Assembly (NCBI GenBank): GCA_013265495.1
Contig: MU057377.1
Location: forward strand, 124,001-188,000
Reading direction: 5' to 3'
Length of the DNA stretch: 64,000 bases
Source of the DNA: Vicugna vicugna
Taxonomy: Eukaryota
Of the stretch, positions 22,071 through 35,299 are shown piece after piece. The notes under the pieces are model-generated. The model made no database searches. It had not been told where the DNA came from and saw nothing but the letters and a program-made list of their open reading frames with translations. The position numbers were made by a program, and so were the translations under genes. The first letter of the stretch is position 1. Each line of letters begins with the position of its first letter.

Positions 22071-25000
22071 TCTCCCTAAATTAAGAAGCTCCATTAACAG
22101 ACTTTGCTCAGTTCTGAATATTTATTTTCTTGCTGCATGAGGATAGGAGCCCGCTCATCCTTTTTTCGTGATGTTCTTTATGTGGTATGAGCACGTTATC
22201 TTTACAGACAGAGAGCAGCAGGGCCGTGTGCATCTCTGAACGCATTAAGATGCCCTTCCATCTGATCGGGGCGTTCTGGTACCCGTTGTGTTAGCCCTGG
22301 TCTCTGGGCGGGCGGAGTTAGTCTGCAGCTCCTGACAGGAGCAGGTCACGGTCCTGGTGTTTCACAGCCTCTGAGTCTGTGTCTCCCTGTATTATCAATA
22401 CTGGGAATTTAGTTATAATCCAACTGGAACTGACAGAAATTAAGCTGGCTGTTAGTCACTGGGTCACCCGCCCTCTTGAATCATCCGGTCTGGGCTGCTT
22501 GCTTCCCTGCTCCCCTCAGTCAGATACCAGTCCTGGATAGTCATTAAGGTCCTCTGCGTTGGGGCTCGGAGCTCGGCTGTCCTGATGTGTGCGTGTGCTG
22601 GGGGCGCTGTGGAACCAGCAGCCAGCTCTGCGGGTGGGGGTCCGAGGGGAGAGGAGGCAGGTTTACGTGACGAGGAAGAACTAGCTCGTAGTAACCTCTC
22701 GTTTGGGCTGATGCATTACCTTCGTTCACTGTGGCCACGTTTCCACATCTGTATCTCAGTGTTTTCCTTCTTGCCTTTGTTAAATACAATATTGCATTTG
22801 AGGCATAAAATACCTGCCACATTTGAAGAGTTGGGTCTTGTTAGCATAGGCAGTGGGGGGCCACTGAACATTTGTTTGGAGGGAGGCATAGTAAAGACAC
22901 TTTCTTGCGAAGATTAATTTAGTGGCAGAGGGTTGAGAAGGCTGAGCCGAGTGCAGGGAGACGAGGTGGGTCATAAGGCTGGAGAGCAGGGGGGACGCGG
23001 AAGAGGAGGGGTGGTGACAGCTGCCGTCACAGCGAGATCTAGCACGATCAGGATGCGGGCTGGACGGAGGGTGGAGGAGGCACACTGGGACTGGTTCTGG
23101 GACTTTGAGAAAGCTCTGGGGCCTGGGTTCCATTAGCAGAGACGGATGGGACTCAGTCTTAGGTGCCAGTGTGAGGTGCTGGTGTAGTGGGATCGCTGGA
23201 AAAGTTGAGCACGAGATGCAGAATTTTGTGTGGATGCTGGTGAGCAACTCTGTAAAGTGCTTACGCTTAGATGTGTCCTGTGCACACATCTGTCTGTAAT
23301 CTCACATGACAAGTTATTCTTGTGAATCTGCATTTGCTCCTGCAGCCTACTTAGAGAGAATCACTGTTTTCTGCCTGAAATACATGCCAGTCTTTTTAGT
23401 GCGTCCCCAGTAACTTGTTACGTATATGGTTTAAGGAAAACAAGTGGAAATTACTCTAGGGCTTAATTATTTGCAAGCAAGTTCAGACTAGTAGCTCTGT
23501 GCCCCTTCCACAAAATGTTTCTTGTTGCCAGTATCTGTGTTATATTGACCTCAAAGGTTAATGATGTATGTCCACGACTACTTTAAAGAAATTCTCGCCA
23601 CCAACTGGGAAGACATTAGACATAAAACAACGTACTTGAGTTAGAAACAGAATGTTTCTTTGCATCTCTGCTTCTTTCATTTGTTCTTTTATAGTCTTAT
23701 CAGGAAAGACCTAAAAATTCATCTCGTGCGACTGAGAGCTGGCATGTGATATCTAGGTTACGCACACTTTGCTTATCATTGCAAAGTTTCTTAGTCTTTA
23801 CATTTTAAAGGTGTTGCCCCAAAGTCCTTAGGCTTCTCTGGCTTCAGGGCACAGGTGACACCGTGTTGGTATTTAAACTTAGATGTCGACTGCTCGAGAA
23901 CCCATGTGTGAGGACCTTCCAGGTCTCTGTCCCATTTTGAAGTGTTCATTCTTTTTAAATATTCTGTGGGCCCCTCTGAGGTCTCCTGGGTGTGCCCCAG
24001 CTGCTCTGCTCCGTGTCTTTGATCTCGATGCCTGCCTACGGTCATCGCACATCACTGGTGCACTCAGTTCTCTAGACTTTGGAGTGCTCGGGCTAGGATG
24101 ATGCTGTTGACACTGGTTGGTGCCGACAGTGATGACATTTGCCCTCGTCCTGGGCTGCTTGCTGGTTTCACTGTTGCTGTTCTGGGTTCCTGGACTGCCG
24201 TTTGTGATGGCGTCACCAATCTCAGCTCTTTGCATTTTCAGTGTCACTTCACAGGCTGGATCGCAGTTCTGCGAGTGAGTAAGGAGGTGGCCCCTAATTG
24301 TCTCGGTCGAATGAGTTCTGCAGAACTAGAGCACCTTTAGATTTTACAAAACACTGTTCTTCCCTTCCCAGAGTACTCACATGCCGCCAAGACACTGGGT
24401 CAGTTCGGAGTCATAGAAAGTCTGCTGTAATCTGTTGGGAGCATTTCCCTTTGACTCCTCAGCCCTATTGCGTTCAATCTCAGGACGGTGGGGCATCCTG
24501 TTCGTTTTATTTTATCTTCCCCCTTCCCTCCTATTTTACCACAAATTGTCCATACATGTATGAATCCTAGTCCCAGGAATACCTAAGACCAAAGTTCTTT
24601 TCCCAGGAGGTTCATTTTATGTGCTATCTGAATTACTGCAGTAGTTATAACTGCCTTTGTTACTTTGTTGTCTTTCGACTTATACCCAAAACAGCAGCCA
24701 GGTGATCCTGTTAAAATATGTCAGAGTGTGTCACCTCTCTGCTCAAATTCTGGTGTGGGTCCCCTCCCTGGGGGGCGAGCCGAGTCCCTTCTCTTGACTG
24801 ACAAGGCCCTCGTTCTGCTTGCTCCTCCTTGTCTCTCTGACCTCCTGCCTCCTTGCTTTTATGTTTAGTGTGAACAGATACAAGTTTTTCAAGGCCTTAG
24901 TCTTTTTCAAGGCTATATAGTGTTTCATAGCATAATAATACTATAACCATTTCCATTCTAATGGGCTTGTACATTATTTCCAGGACTTTGTTAGTTGCAC

Positions 25001-25084
25001 AGTTGCAAACAATGATTCAGTAAATATTGCTGTGTGTGTATATGTGTGTGTGTGTATATATATGTCTGAGTACATTAAATGTAT

Positions 25085-26170
25085 CATTTCTTGCATTTCA
25101 TACTTTTCTTTTGGAGAATTAACTTTTTACTATGCTACAATCTTTCAAAGTTCTTTAGCAAGCATCCATATTTGGTAAATATCTTAGTTCTGTCTGTCTT
25201 AAAGTATCTTTATTTTACTCATATTCTTGTTTATACAGTTCTCAGAAGACAGACATACTTTTTCAAAAGTTTCAAACACTAGACTCAAAAGTCTAACCTG
25301 CTATGGATTATATTTTCGTAAGATTCCACTGTCTTCTGGATTCCATTGCTGTCTTTGGGAAGTCTGCTGTCAGTGTAATTATGTGTGTGTGTGTGTGTGC
25401 ACGTGCGTGCGCATGTGTGTGTATAAATTTAGAGTTATCTCTTTTCCTCTAGGATGCTTTTGAGGTCATGTATGGCTTTTTGTACTCTGTAATTTCATTA
25501 TAATGCCTCGCCATGTGTCTTTCTTGAGATTTTGCTTGGGTTTGCTGTGATTTCTAATTCTGAAGATTTATGTCTTCTACTGCTTTTGGAAAATTCAGTC
25601 ATTATTTATTCTAATATTATTTCCATCTTTCCCTTGTTTTGTACACCCCAGCCTCTTAGATCTGATCTTTTAGAACTTACATAGACCATATTATCATTCT
25701 AGTCTCCATTTTTCTTAATCTCTTTTATATTTCTCATTTTGGGAGGGGTCTCTGTGCCTCATTCTGTTTAATATCTTTTGTGTCTGATTCATTTTACTGT
25801 TTCCCTTTTAGTTTTATATGATCCACTTTTTATTTCATCTATTGAGCTTTTAATCTCATAGATTATATTTTTTCCATTTCTGAAAGCCCTGCTTGTTTTC
25901 AAAATTGAGCTTTTTTTTTAACTAAAAAGGAATCTCTCATTGTTTGCCCATGTTTTGAATCCTTATTGTATTCTCTAATCATTTAACAAATCCTTATTAT
26001 ATATGCTGTTCCAAATAATTTCAAAATCTTAAGTCTTTGAGGGGAAGGGTTTCTAATCCTGTTGTTTGTTTCTGATGGCTTACAGATTTTCTGTAGTAAA
26101 TTTGAATTGCAAACATCTTTGGCAAGACTTGGGTTGAGTGTTTCTCCAAGAGGGCAGATGTGCTTGCCCC
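25085..26170 (-). mobile_element. Old L1ME/HAL1-like ORF1-region fragment
   Basis: ttccactgtcttctggattccattgctgtctttgggaagtctgctgtcagtgtaatt; ttttggaaaattcagtcattatttattctaatatt. Confidence 0.65.
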
Positions 26171-29043
26171 TGTCACAGCCTGGGGACGCCATGTTTCTAG
26201 GATGACAGAATCCATTCTTAGACTCTGGAGGTACAAAGATAAGTAAGATGAGGAGTCATTGCATTTACAGTAAGTCTCTATGAATTTAGGTGTTCATTTC
26301 TTTTACATTTAACTTGAGTCTAACTTGAAAGTATTCTGAAAAAACAGATGCATGATTTAGTTTGGTTTTGTTTCATAGCTGTATTTTTCATTTTAAAATT
26401 CACTTTTAAATGTTTTCAGTAGTTATCCTTAATAAAGCTCACACAGATTTTAATTTTAGTAAACTCTGAGTCATTTTAATAGTCAGTATGTTCTACTTAT
26501 TAACTTTGGCTTATTCGCAAATGATTGAAGCTGTGTTATATCCAAGAGGACCAGGAGTCTGCTGTGTTTCAAACTGTATATCAAACAGGAAAAGCTTTGG
26601 CCCAGTTTGCCCTTGTGCTTGCAGTTATTTTTTGGTGGAGTATGAAAAGTATTTTAAGCGTTATAAATAAAATGAAACTGCATTATGAGTTTCAATTAAT
26701 TTTACATTTCTGAGGTTTCTTGTTAATGCTATTTCTTGAAAATCAATTTTAGTTCAAAGAGTTAACTATAATGAGTACTGTGAATATAAGCATGTCTTCT
26801 TTTCATTTAATCATATACTAGTAGAAAGAATATATAAAAAGCAACGTCTCAGGCGCTGGTCTGAGAGCTAACTTGAAGCGTGGCCTCTTGCCTGCTCTCC
26901 TCTTTAAGGGAATCATAACAAAAGCTGTTGCCTTAGGACATGATGAACATCTCAGCTGCCTGAAAGGTATTTCAGTTTTCGTATGAGAGATCATCTTTCT
27001 GTAAGCAGTCTATTAACTTTTCTCCCCCTCCCTGCGTTCTAATAAAACTTTTGTGCCGGCTCTTAATGATTGGTATCTGAAAAACGTCAAAACATTGATT
27101 CTCAGCTGTGTGTTCCTTGTCATAGATTAATCAAGGTTGAACATCTGTGGTACAGCATTTCTTTCCCTTTTTTGTTGTTGAGGTTTTTTTTTGAGCTCAG
27201 GAAGGGCCCTTGGGACAGATGGCCCCTCACTGATGATGGTTCGATTACCACGATCACCCACAGCTTCATAGGAGTGCGAAGGAAGGAAATTGCTTTCTTT
27301 GTCAAGGTGTTTTCAATTCAATTCTCACCCATTAGCCCTGTTTGGTTAAATTTGGAATTACTCTATCAGGTGATTGATGAGGGTTTCATTTTATCATAAT
27401 AGGTCGCGTTTAAAAGGAGTGGAAGCAGCGAAATGATACATCAAACCTGCTGTGGATTATATTTTCTTAAGGTTCTTTGAAGTTCCTTTCTCATTACCAT
27501 AGCTAGAATTTGCTTATGTATAAGCAGAAAGAGCTTCATTGTTCTGAGTTGTGATGCTAATTTTAGATCGTCCTGGGAAGAAACATTTATAAAGGCTAGA
27601 ACTATTCCTTGAATTGCTTCTGTGGTTTGAATTTCAAAAACACCAAAGTAATCTTACAGTAGTAGCTGTTTAATTATTCAGATGATTCTTCAGCGTGAAG
27701 GTAACAACAGTGGGGTCGTTATGTTAGATATTTCCATACCACTGCTCGTATACATTTTAAATTGCTTTTAAATTTAAAGTTAAAAGCGCACACTTGCAGT
27801 TACCATTTTGTAACTGGTTATAAAATAAGTCATCTTGAAATAATAATTCCATTTCCTTAAGGTTTTTGTATATGTAAGTCGAACTCAAACAAGTAAGTGG
27901 AGAACTATTTTTGTTCTAGAATGAAAAGACACCGATTTGAATCTGTTAGTAATTAATATCCTGTTTTAGATTTCCTCACATACATATTTCCAAATATTGT
28001 TCAGAGAAATTCTATAGGGTCTAGGCCATTAATTTATGAAAATGTTTAAATATTTAGCTTGCTGAAAATATTTTCTAGTAGATAATAAGGAAAATTTCTA
28101 AACTTGTGAGAATATGCCTTAAACTGCTGTCCATTCAATGAACTATAAAATCACAGATTGAGAAATTCGAGCAAATCGGGCTTATCTGTAGTGTGCTTTT
28201 ATGGGCAGCAATGTATTTTGGACAGTTTGTGTATTAGAAACAAGGACATCTGGATTCTAGTCTTGGCTCCAGCAGATCTAGCTTCTGACATGAATACAAT
28301 GTAACTTCCCAAGTATGAATGGTAAAAAAGGATCCTTAAGGCCCTTTTTCATTCAGAAAACTCTGATTCTATCCATACATAATGACCTTTTTTTTTTTTG
28401 AAAATTCCAAAAGAAAAAAAAAAGGCCCTAATTTAGTTTTTACATTCACACACACTGACATTTATCCTGTCTGTTGTTCAGTTTGGAACTAATTGCTTAA
28501 ATTCTGTGAAAGAAAGACTGTAAGAAAGCACACACAAAAAGTATTTTCTCAGACATCATACATGGTGAGGGACAAAAAGACGTTTATCTTATTTAGATGT
28601 GGACTGTCAGTGTGTACGTATACGGCGTAGAGAGAGAGAGAGGGGAGATAACAGACCTTGGATCTTTATGTCTCTCTAGCTGTAATTCCCTACCCTTGTT
28701 CCTTAAATCATGGGATTCCAATGTCATAAAACACTTGAGTTTGAAATAAAATTATTCCCGTTGTTACACAGAAATAGAATTACAGTTTTAATAGTAACTA
28801 TTAGCACTGAAATATTTTAAAAACATTTTGGTAACATCTTTCTTGCTAAAATTACTTCCTGCTATCACTGTCATGGTTAATGTTTCTTCCCAGCCCTCTG
28901 AAAATAGACCTGTTGCCAACTAAAATATATATGTACTAGACGGAATTCTGAATTACTCACTGCCACATTTTAAAGAATATCTTCAGTCAACAAATACCAA
29001 ATTCTTTAACGTGTGGTTCATGTTGAGGGACATGTGGTCTGTG

Positions 29044-29221
29044 CTGTTGGTTCTCAAAGTGTGGTCCTCCCATCATTAGCATCAGCATCACTTGTTAAAA
29101 GTACAGTTTTCAGACTCCCTTTGACCTCTTGCCTCAGACGTTCTGCAAGTGGGACCCAGTCATCTGTGTTTAACAAGCTCTCTGGGCACTTCTGCTGCAC
29201 ACTAAAGTCTGAGAACTGCTG
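29044..29221. mobile_element. MER5A DNA transposon MITE
   Basis: TIR-like ends ggttctcaaagtgtggtcc ... taaagtctgagaactgctg; internal gcatcagcatcac and catctgtgtttaacaagctctc. Confidence 0.85.
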
Positions 29222-29710
29222 AGCTGGTCTTTTAAGAAGATGCTAACATTTTACATTAACATCTGTTAACTTGAAAATAATTTATCCAAACACCTGACCA
29301 TGTGTGCTTTATTAAGATTTGTTAGACGTAGTCAGAATTTAATATTTTTCAGCAGTGAATTTGTTTTCACTTTTACTGGTGCTAGTCATCTTTAAGTTTG
29401 TAATGTTATGCAATCTCTGATACTTTTTTTTGGGGGGTGGATCGATCGGTAAAGACTTTTATTAATGTCTCATTGGAATGAATGATTATCTTTCCACCAA
29501 AGCTGTAAATCTGTTTTTCTGGAGTGCTTGCCAAGGAAAAATGGCAGGATACTGGGCTTCTGGATCTCTGGCTGCACTAAGGTCGTCTGCGGCACTAAAT
29601 GAAGGAGTGAGTTGCTTCCTAAATATATTTTGTGTGTGTGATCAGGCTGGATATTAATAATTACTGAGTTTGCAAACGCTTTGACAGATGTCGTGAAAAT
29701 TTCAATTTTA

Positions 29711-32700
29711 GGGGTCTAATGTCAGCAAGATGGTGGAGCAGGAGGCCCCACCCTGTACCCCCCCAACAAAGGCAAACGATTAGACAGCTGTCCATAAACG
29801 GGAACAGTCCTGGGAGAGCTCTGGAGCTCACTTAACTTCAGCAGCGCCGCGGGACAAAGACTTGAGAGTAACCACCGCGGGAAGGCAAGAGCCCTGTTCG
29901 CCTGCATCCCCATGTCCCGCAGGCCGGCACTGCTCGGTACCGGGAAGGAGCTCTCCAGCGAGAAGGTGTTCCCCTCGTAGGGAAGGAGTGGTGGGGTGAG
30001 TGACCAGGTTGCCCAGCCTTCCGGGGCACCGCACGGGGGTCCTGCTTCAGTCCCACCCACCCAGAGGCCGGCAAAGCCCGGAGACGGCTGGGAATGAGGA
30101 AGACAAACAGGCCACCGAGAGCTGCCACGTGGTGGGAGCGCTGTGGTTCGCCGTCACGGGGGTTTGCAGGTGACCCGGCTGGTTTGACCCCCTGCAGATT
30201 TTAGTGGCTCTCACCCAACAGGTGTCTGTGTTTGCTGACACCAGCCACCTCCGTCCCTCCCCTGCTGGGCCTGGGAACCGCCCCGGCAGCCAGCCCAGGC
30301 CTCTGAGCTGTGCAGTGCCCCGGCCGACCCCCACTGCTGTGTGAGCGGCCGCACCGGCATGCCACCTGCCTCCGTCCACTGCTGTGTGCACGCCTGCGGG
30401 AAGGCCACGCAGCCCTGAGGGAGCATGCGGACAGTCAAGGCCCCGCAGCGGCCTGCGGCCTGGGTCAGGCCCTGTTCTGTCCCTGGCCTATACCGCTGTG
30501 CTGACCCAGCAGGCTCTCCAGCTGGACCCTCATTACCAGTCTTCTTCTCTGTGTGCTAATGGCATAACCCAGCAGCCAAGAGCATACCACTGCCACCGGC
30601 ACCTACTGCTGTTTGTCCTGGTCCCTAGTCACTGGACCGGGAGGCGCTGTTGAGGACCCTCACAGCCCTTGCAGCCTCAGTGGACCCCCTGCAGTACTTG
30701 CCAAGGACCACGCAGTTGTACCCCAATGGCCTGAGCTGATGACCCGTCACACGCCCCTGCGTCCGGTGCTAGACCTGGTCACAGCACACTCCAGCATGCC
30801 TCCATCCACGGGTCAGAGTCTTCCCTTACGGAAGTCAGTCTGTAACATCTGGAAGTAACGGCTGCTTCTTCAGATGCACAGACACATATCCAGGACCACA
30901 AGGATCATGAAGAATCGGGGAAGCAAGGCTCCATATTAATACTGTAATATGGTGATGTGTTAACCAAAGGAGCACGGTAGACCTCCAGCAACTGGCCCCA
31001 AAGAAATGGAGTTCCAGGAATTGCCTGACAAAGAATTCAAAATAATTATTCTAACAATGCTTAGACAACTACAAGAGAACATAGAAAAGCAATTTAAATA
31101 TATCAGGAAGACAGTACAAGAAGAAAATGAGAAGTGTTACAAAGAGATAGCCAATATAAAAAAGAACCAAATAGAAATTTTGGAGCTGAAGAATATAATG
31201 ACTGAACTGAAGAATTTAACAGAGACCTTCAGCAGTTGGCTGGACCAAGCAGGAGAATCTGTGAGCTTGAAGACAGATCATTTGAAATAAACCACTGCGT
31301 GGAGCAAAAAGAGGGAAAAAATGAAAAAGAATGTTGAAAGCCTTTGGGTCTAATGGGACACCAGGAAGACAACCAGTCACATACCACTGGAGTCCCAGAA
31401 AGAGAAGAGAGGAAAAAGGGGGTAGGAAACGTGTTTAATGAAATAATGCTGAAGAACTTCCCTAACCTGGGGAGAGATTTGAACATCCAATTCGTGAAGT
31501 TAATATTAATAGGTCACCCAGAAATTTAAATCCAAGATGATCGTCTTCATGCCACATTATAATAAAACTGTCTAAAATCAACAACAGAGAGAATTTTAAA
31601 AGCAGTAAGAGAAAACCAGTTTCTCTCAGGAAAGGGCAAACAACAGAGTTTTCAGCAGAGACCTTGCAGACTAGGAGAGAATGGGATGATATATTCGAAG
31701 TGCAGAAAGAGACTGCCAGCCAAGAACACAGCTGATCTTGAACAGTGTGGGCGTTAGAGGTGCTGACCTCCCCACACCACGCAGTAGAAAATTCATGTGT
31801 ACTTTACAGTCGGCTCTCCTTACCTGCATGCAGCTCTGCAGATCATTTAGTACTGTAGTATGTGTTTACTGAAAAAATCTGCTTATGAAGGGATATGTGC
31901 AATTCAAACCTGTGGTGTTCAAAGTTCAACTGTACTATACCCAGGAAAGTTGTCCTTCAGAAATAAAGGTGAAATAAAGACTTTCCCAAGCACACAAAAG
32001 CTGAGGTAGTTCATCACTATTATACCTGCCTTACAAGAGAGATTGAAAGGACTTCTTCAGCCTGAAATGAAAGGATGCTAACTATGAAAGCATATGAAAA
32101 GGAACAACACACCGTTGAAAGCAAGTGTATGGTCAAACTCAGGATGCTCTAATACTGTAATATGGTGGTGAGTTAACCACTTGACTCTGGAATAAAGGTT
32201 GAAAGACAAAAGTATTAAAAATAGCTATAGCTACAGTAATTTTTAAATAGATACACAGTATAAAAAGATGTACAGTGAGACATCAGAAACATAAAATGCA
32301 TGTGAGGGGGAATAAAAGATAGAGTTTTTGTATGTGATCAAAGTTAACTTGTGATGAGGTTAAAATAACTGTGATATCTCTTAAGATTTTTCAAGGGTAA
32401 CCACAAGACAAAAATCTATAGTAGATACACACAAAATAAAGACAAGGAAATCAAAGTATCTTACTATGGAAAATCATCAATTCACAAACGAAGACAAGAA
32501 AGGAAGAAGGGAACTACAAAACAGAAAGCAGTGAACAAGATGGCAATTCTATGTCCTTATCTATAAGTGATTAAATGTAAACGGACTAAATTCTCCAATG
32601 AAAAGGCATACAGTGGCCGAATAGATAAGTGAACAAGACCCAACTGTATGCTGCTTACAAGATGCTCACTTCCATTCAGACACATATAGGCTCAAAGTGA

Positions 32701-34670
32701 AGCAATGGGAAAAGATACTCCCTGCAGATGGAAACCAAAAGAGAGCAGAGGTAGCTGTATTTATAGATAGCTCTATTAGGCCAAATGGGTTAAGTCAAAA
32801 ACAATTACAAGACAAGGACACTGTATAATAATAAAGCGGTCAATTCATCAGGAGATTATAACAATTGTAAATATGTATGCGTCCTACATCAGAACACCTG
32901 AACCATCAAGCAAATGCTGACAGATCTGAAGGGAGTGATAGACAGTGTGGTGACAGAGCACTTCCCTACCCTGCTTTCAACAATGGGTAAATCATCCAGA
33001 CAGAAAACCAGTAAGGAAACTTTGGCCTTTGACCATACTTTAGATCGAGTGAACCTAACAGAGGAATACAGAACATTCCATCCAACAACCGCAGAATATA
33101 CATGCTTCTCAAGCACACATGCAACATTCTCCAGGATAGGTCATATGTTAGGTCACAAAACAAGTCTCAGTAAATTTTCAAAGTTTAAAATTATACCAAG
33201 TATCTTTTCCAACCACAATGGTGTAAAACTTGAAATCAATAACAAGGGGAAAACTGGAAGATTTACAAAGATGTGGAAATTAAGCAGCACACTCTTGAAT
33301 ACCCAGGAGGTCAGACATTAAATTAAAAGGGAAATCAAAAAATATATTGAAACAAATGAAAATGGAAATATACCAAAACTGATAGAATTCAGCAAAGGCA
33401 GTACTGAGAGAGAGGTTTATGGCAATAAATATGTACATTAAGAAAAAAGAAAGATCTCAAGCAACATAACTTTATATCCCAAGGAACTAGAAAAAGAACA
33501 GGCTAAGCCCAGAGTTAGCAGAGGGGAGGTGATAACAAAGATTATAGCAGGAATACGTGAAATAGAGAATAGAAAAACAATAGAAAAGAGCAACAAAAGT
33601 ACGTTAATTTTTTGAAAAGATAAATAAAATTGACAAATCTAGTTAGACTTACCAAGAAAAAAAAAGAAGACTCAAAGTGATAAATGATAAATGGTATCAT
33701 TACCATTGATACCCCTGAAATCCTGAGAGACGACTGCGGACAAGTGTATGCCTACAAGTTGGGTGCCTAGAGGAAGGAGAGATGGATGCATTTAACCATT
33801 CAGATATGTAACGACCAAGTCTGAATCATAAACAAATGGAAAATCTGACCAAAGCAAGGAAGGAGATTGAATCAGTAATCAAAAACCTCCCAATGAAGAA
33901 AACCCAGGTTCAGATGGCTTCGTGGGTGAATTCTTCCAAACATTTAAAGGAGAAATTAATGCTGGTTTTTATTATATTCTTCCAAAATATTGAACACTCC
34001 GATACTCACTTAATAAGACTAGTATTACCTTGATGCTAAAACCAGATGAGGATACTGAAAATAAAGAGACCTACAGGCCTGCTGTGGAAACAACCTGAAT
34101 GTCCATCAGTGGATGAATGGATAAAGAACATGTGGTAAATAAGTACCGTGGAGTGTTACTCAGCCCTAGAAAAAAGGAAGGCTACCTTGCTGTTTGCAAC
34201 AACATAGGTGGATGCTGAAGGTGCTATGTTCCGTGAAATAAGTCAGAGAAAGGCATATAACCATATGACCTCACTCAGATGTGGAATCTAAAAGCATTGA
34301 ACTCAAAGAAGCGTAGAATGGTGGTTGCCAGGGGCTGAGGGCGGGAGATGGAGAGATGCTGGTCCAAGGGAACAGAGTTTCACTTACGAGGTGAGTAAGT
34401 TCCAGGGCTCCAGTGTGCAGCCTGGTGACTGCGGTTCACAACCCTATGTTGTGTATTTGATAGTTGCTACGGGAGTGGAACTTTATTGTTCCTACCATAA
34501 CAACAATAGCAAAAACAGCAAGTAAGCAATTATGTGAGGTAAAGGATGTGTTAATCAACCTTATTGTGGTGAAGATTTCACAGTGTATACGTTCATCAAA
34601 TCATCTCACTCTACGCCTTAAGCTTACACAGTGTTAGATGTCAGTTATGTTTCAATAAAGCTGGAAAAAT
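29711..34670 (+). mobile_element. L1MA9-like LINE-1 with 5' UTR, decayed ORF1, ORF2 5' half and 3' UTR; central/3' ORF2 deleted
   Basis: Start gtcagcaagatggtggagcagg. ORF1 peptides ELPDKEFKIIILTML...KNQIEILELKN and GVPEREERKKG...EIMLKNFPNL; ORF2 EN peptide YRTFHPTTAEYTCFSSTHATFSRIGHMLGHKTSL. 3' end tgtcagttatgtttcaataaagctggaaaaa. Degenerate TSD AAAATTTCAATTTTAG / AAAATTATATTTCAG. Many stops and frameshifts. Confidence 0.92.
31729..31932. mobile_element. Tigger2/MER8-like MITE inserted in L1 ORF1
   Basis: Terminal inverted repeats cagctgatcttgaaca / tgttcaaagttcaactg, 3' TA at 31933-31934 (5' copy reads CA). Removing it restores L1 gccaagaa-ta-ctatacccag. Confidence 0.85.
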
Positions 34671-35299
34671 TATATTTCAGCTATGATTCAATTCCACACT
34701 ATTGTTTTTCACATAATAGTATATGTAGAAAATATGTATATGGTACATTTTATATGGTATATGCATATAGTATACATATACTATTTATAGTAGTATAAAA
34801 TATTTATATGGCGAACTTGAGTGAACATGTAAGACTGTTCTATCAGATGATCCTTGGGCGGGGGGAGGAGAGGAGGGAAATTGATTTGATAATTTTCAAC
34901 ACCTACCTCTGATCACAGACAGAAAACATCGTCATTTATAGGTGTAAATCTGGAACTTTAGGCACCTAATTTCATAATTACAAATATTCCATTTATTTAT
35001 TTTACTTTTTTCCTCAGTCCAACAGTCTTCTGATATATGCAGCAGATTTTCTGCTGAAAATACACTGTTTTAAAATGCATTCGCATGATTTGGTATAACA
35101 TTTAGTACTAATGGATTTTACAGGGAAAGAAAACCCCACTTCCCTTTTTATTACCTTTAGATCAGCAACTCACATCTGAAACCAGCCTTCTGTTTAAGTG
35201 CTTTTTCCATCTGACAGAAACCTCAGCCCTGCCCGCGTCTACTAGTCGTCTCTTGCACCTTGGCTGTTGGATGACGATGGGGAAACACCGCGTCGTTGC

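Noticed and set aside
31006..34033. ORFs with real L1 ORF1p/ORF2p similarity
   Set aside because: Broken by stops, frameshifts, a MITE and loss of RT; not a functional element or host gene.
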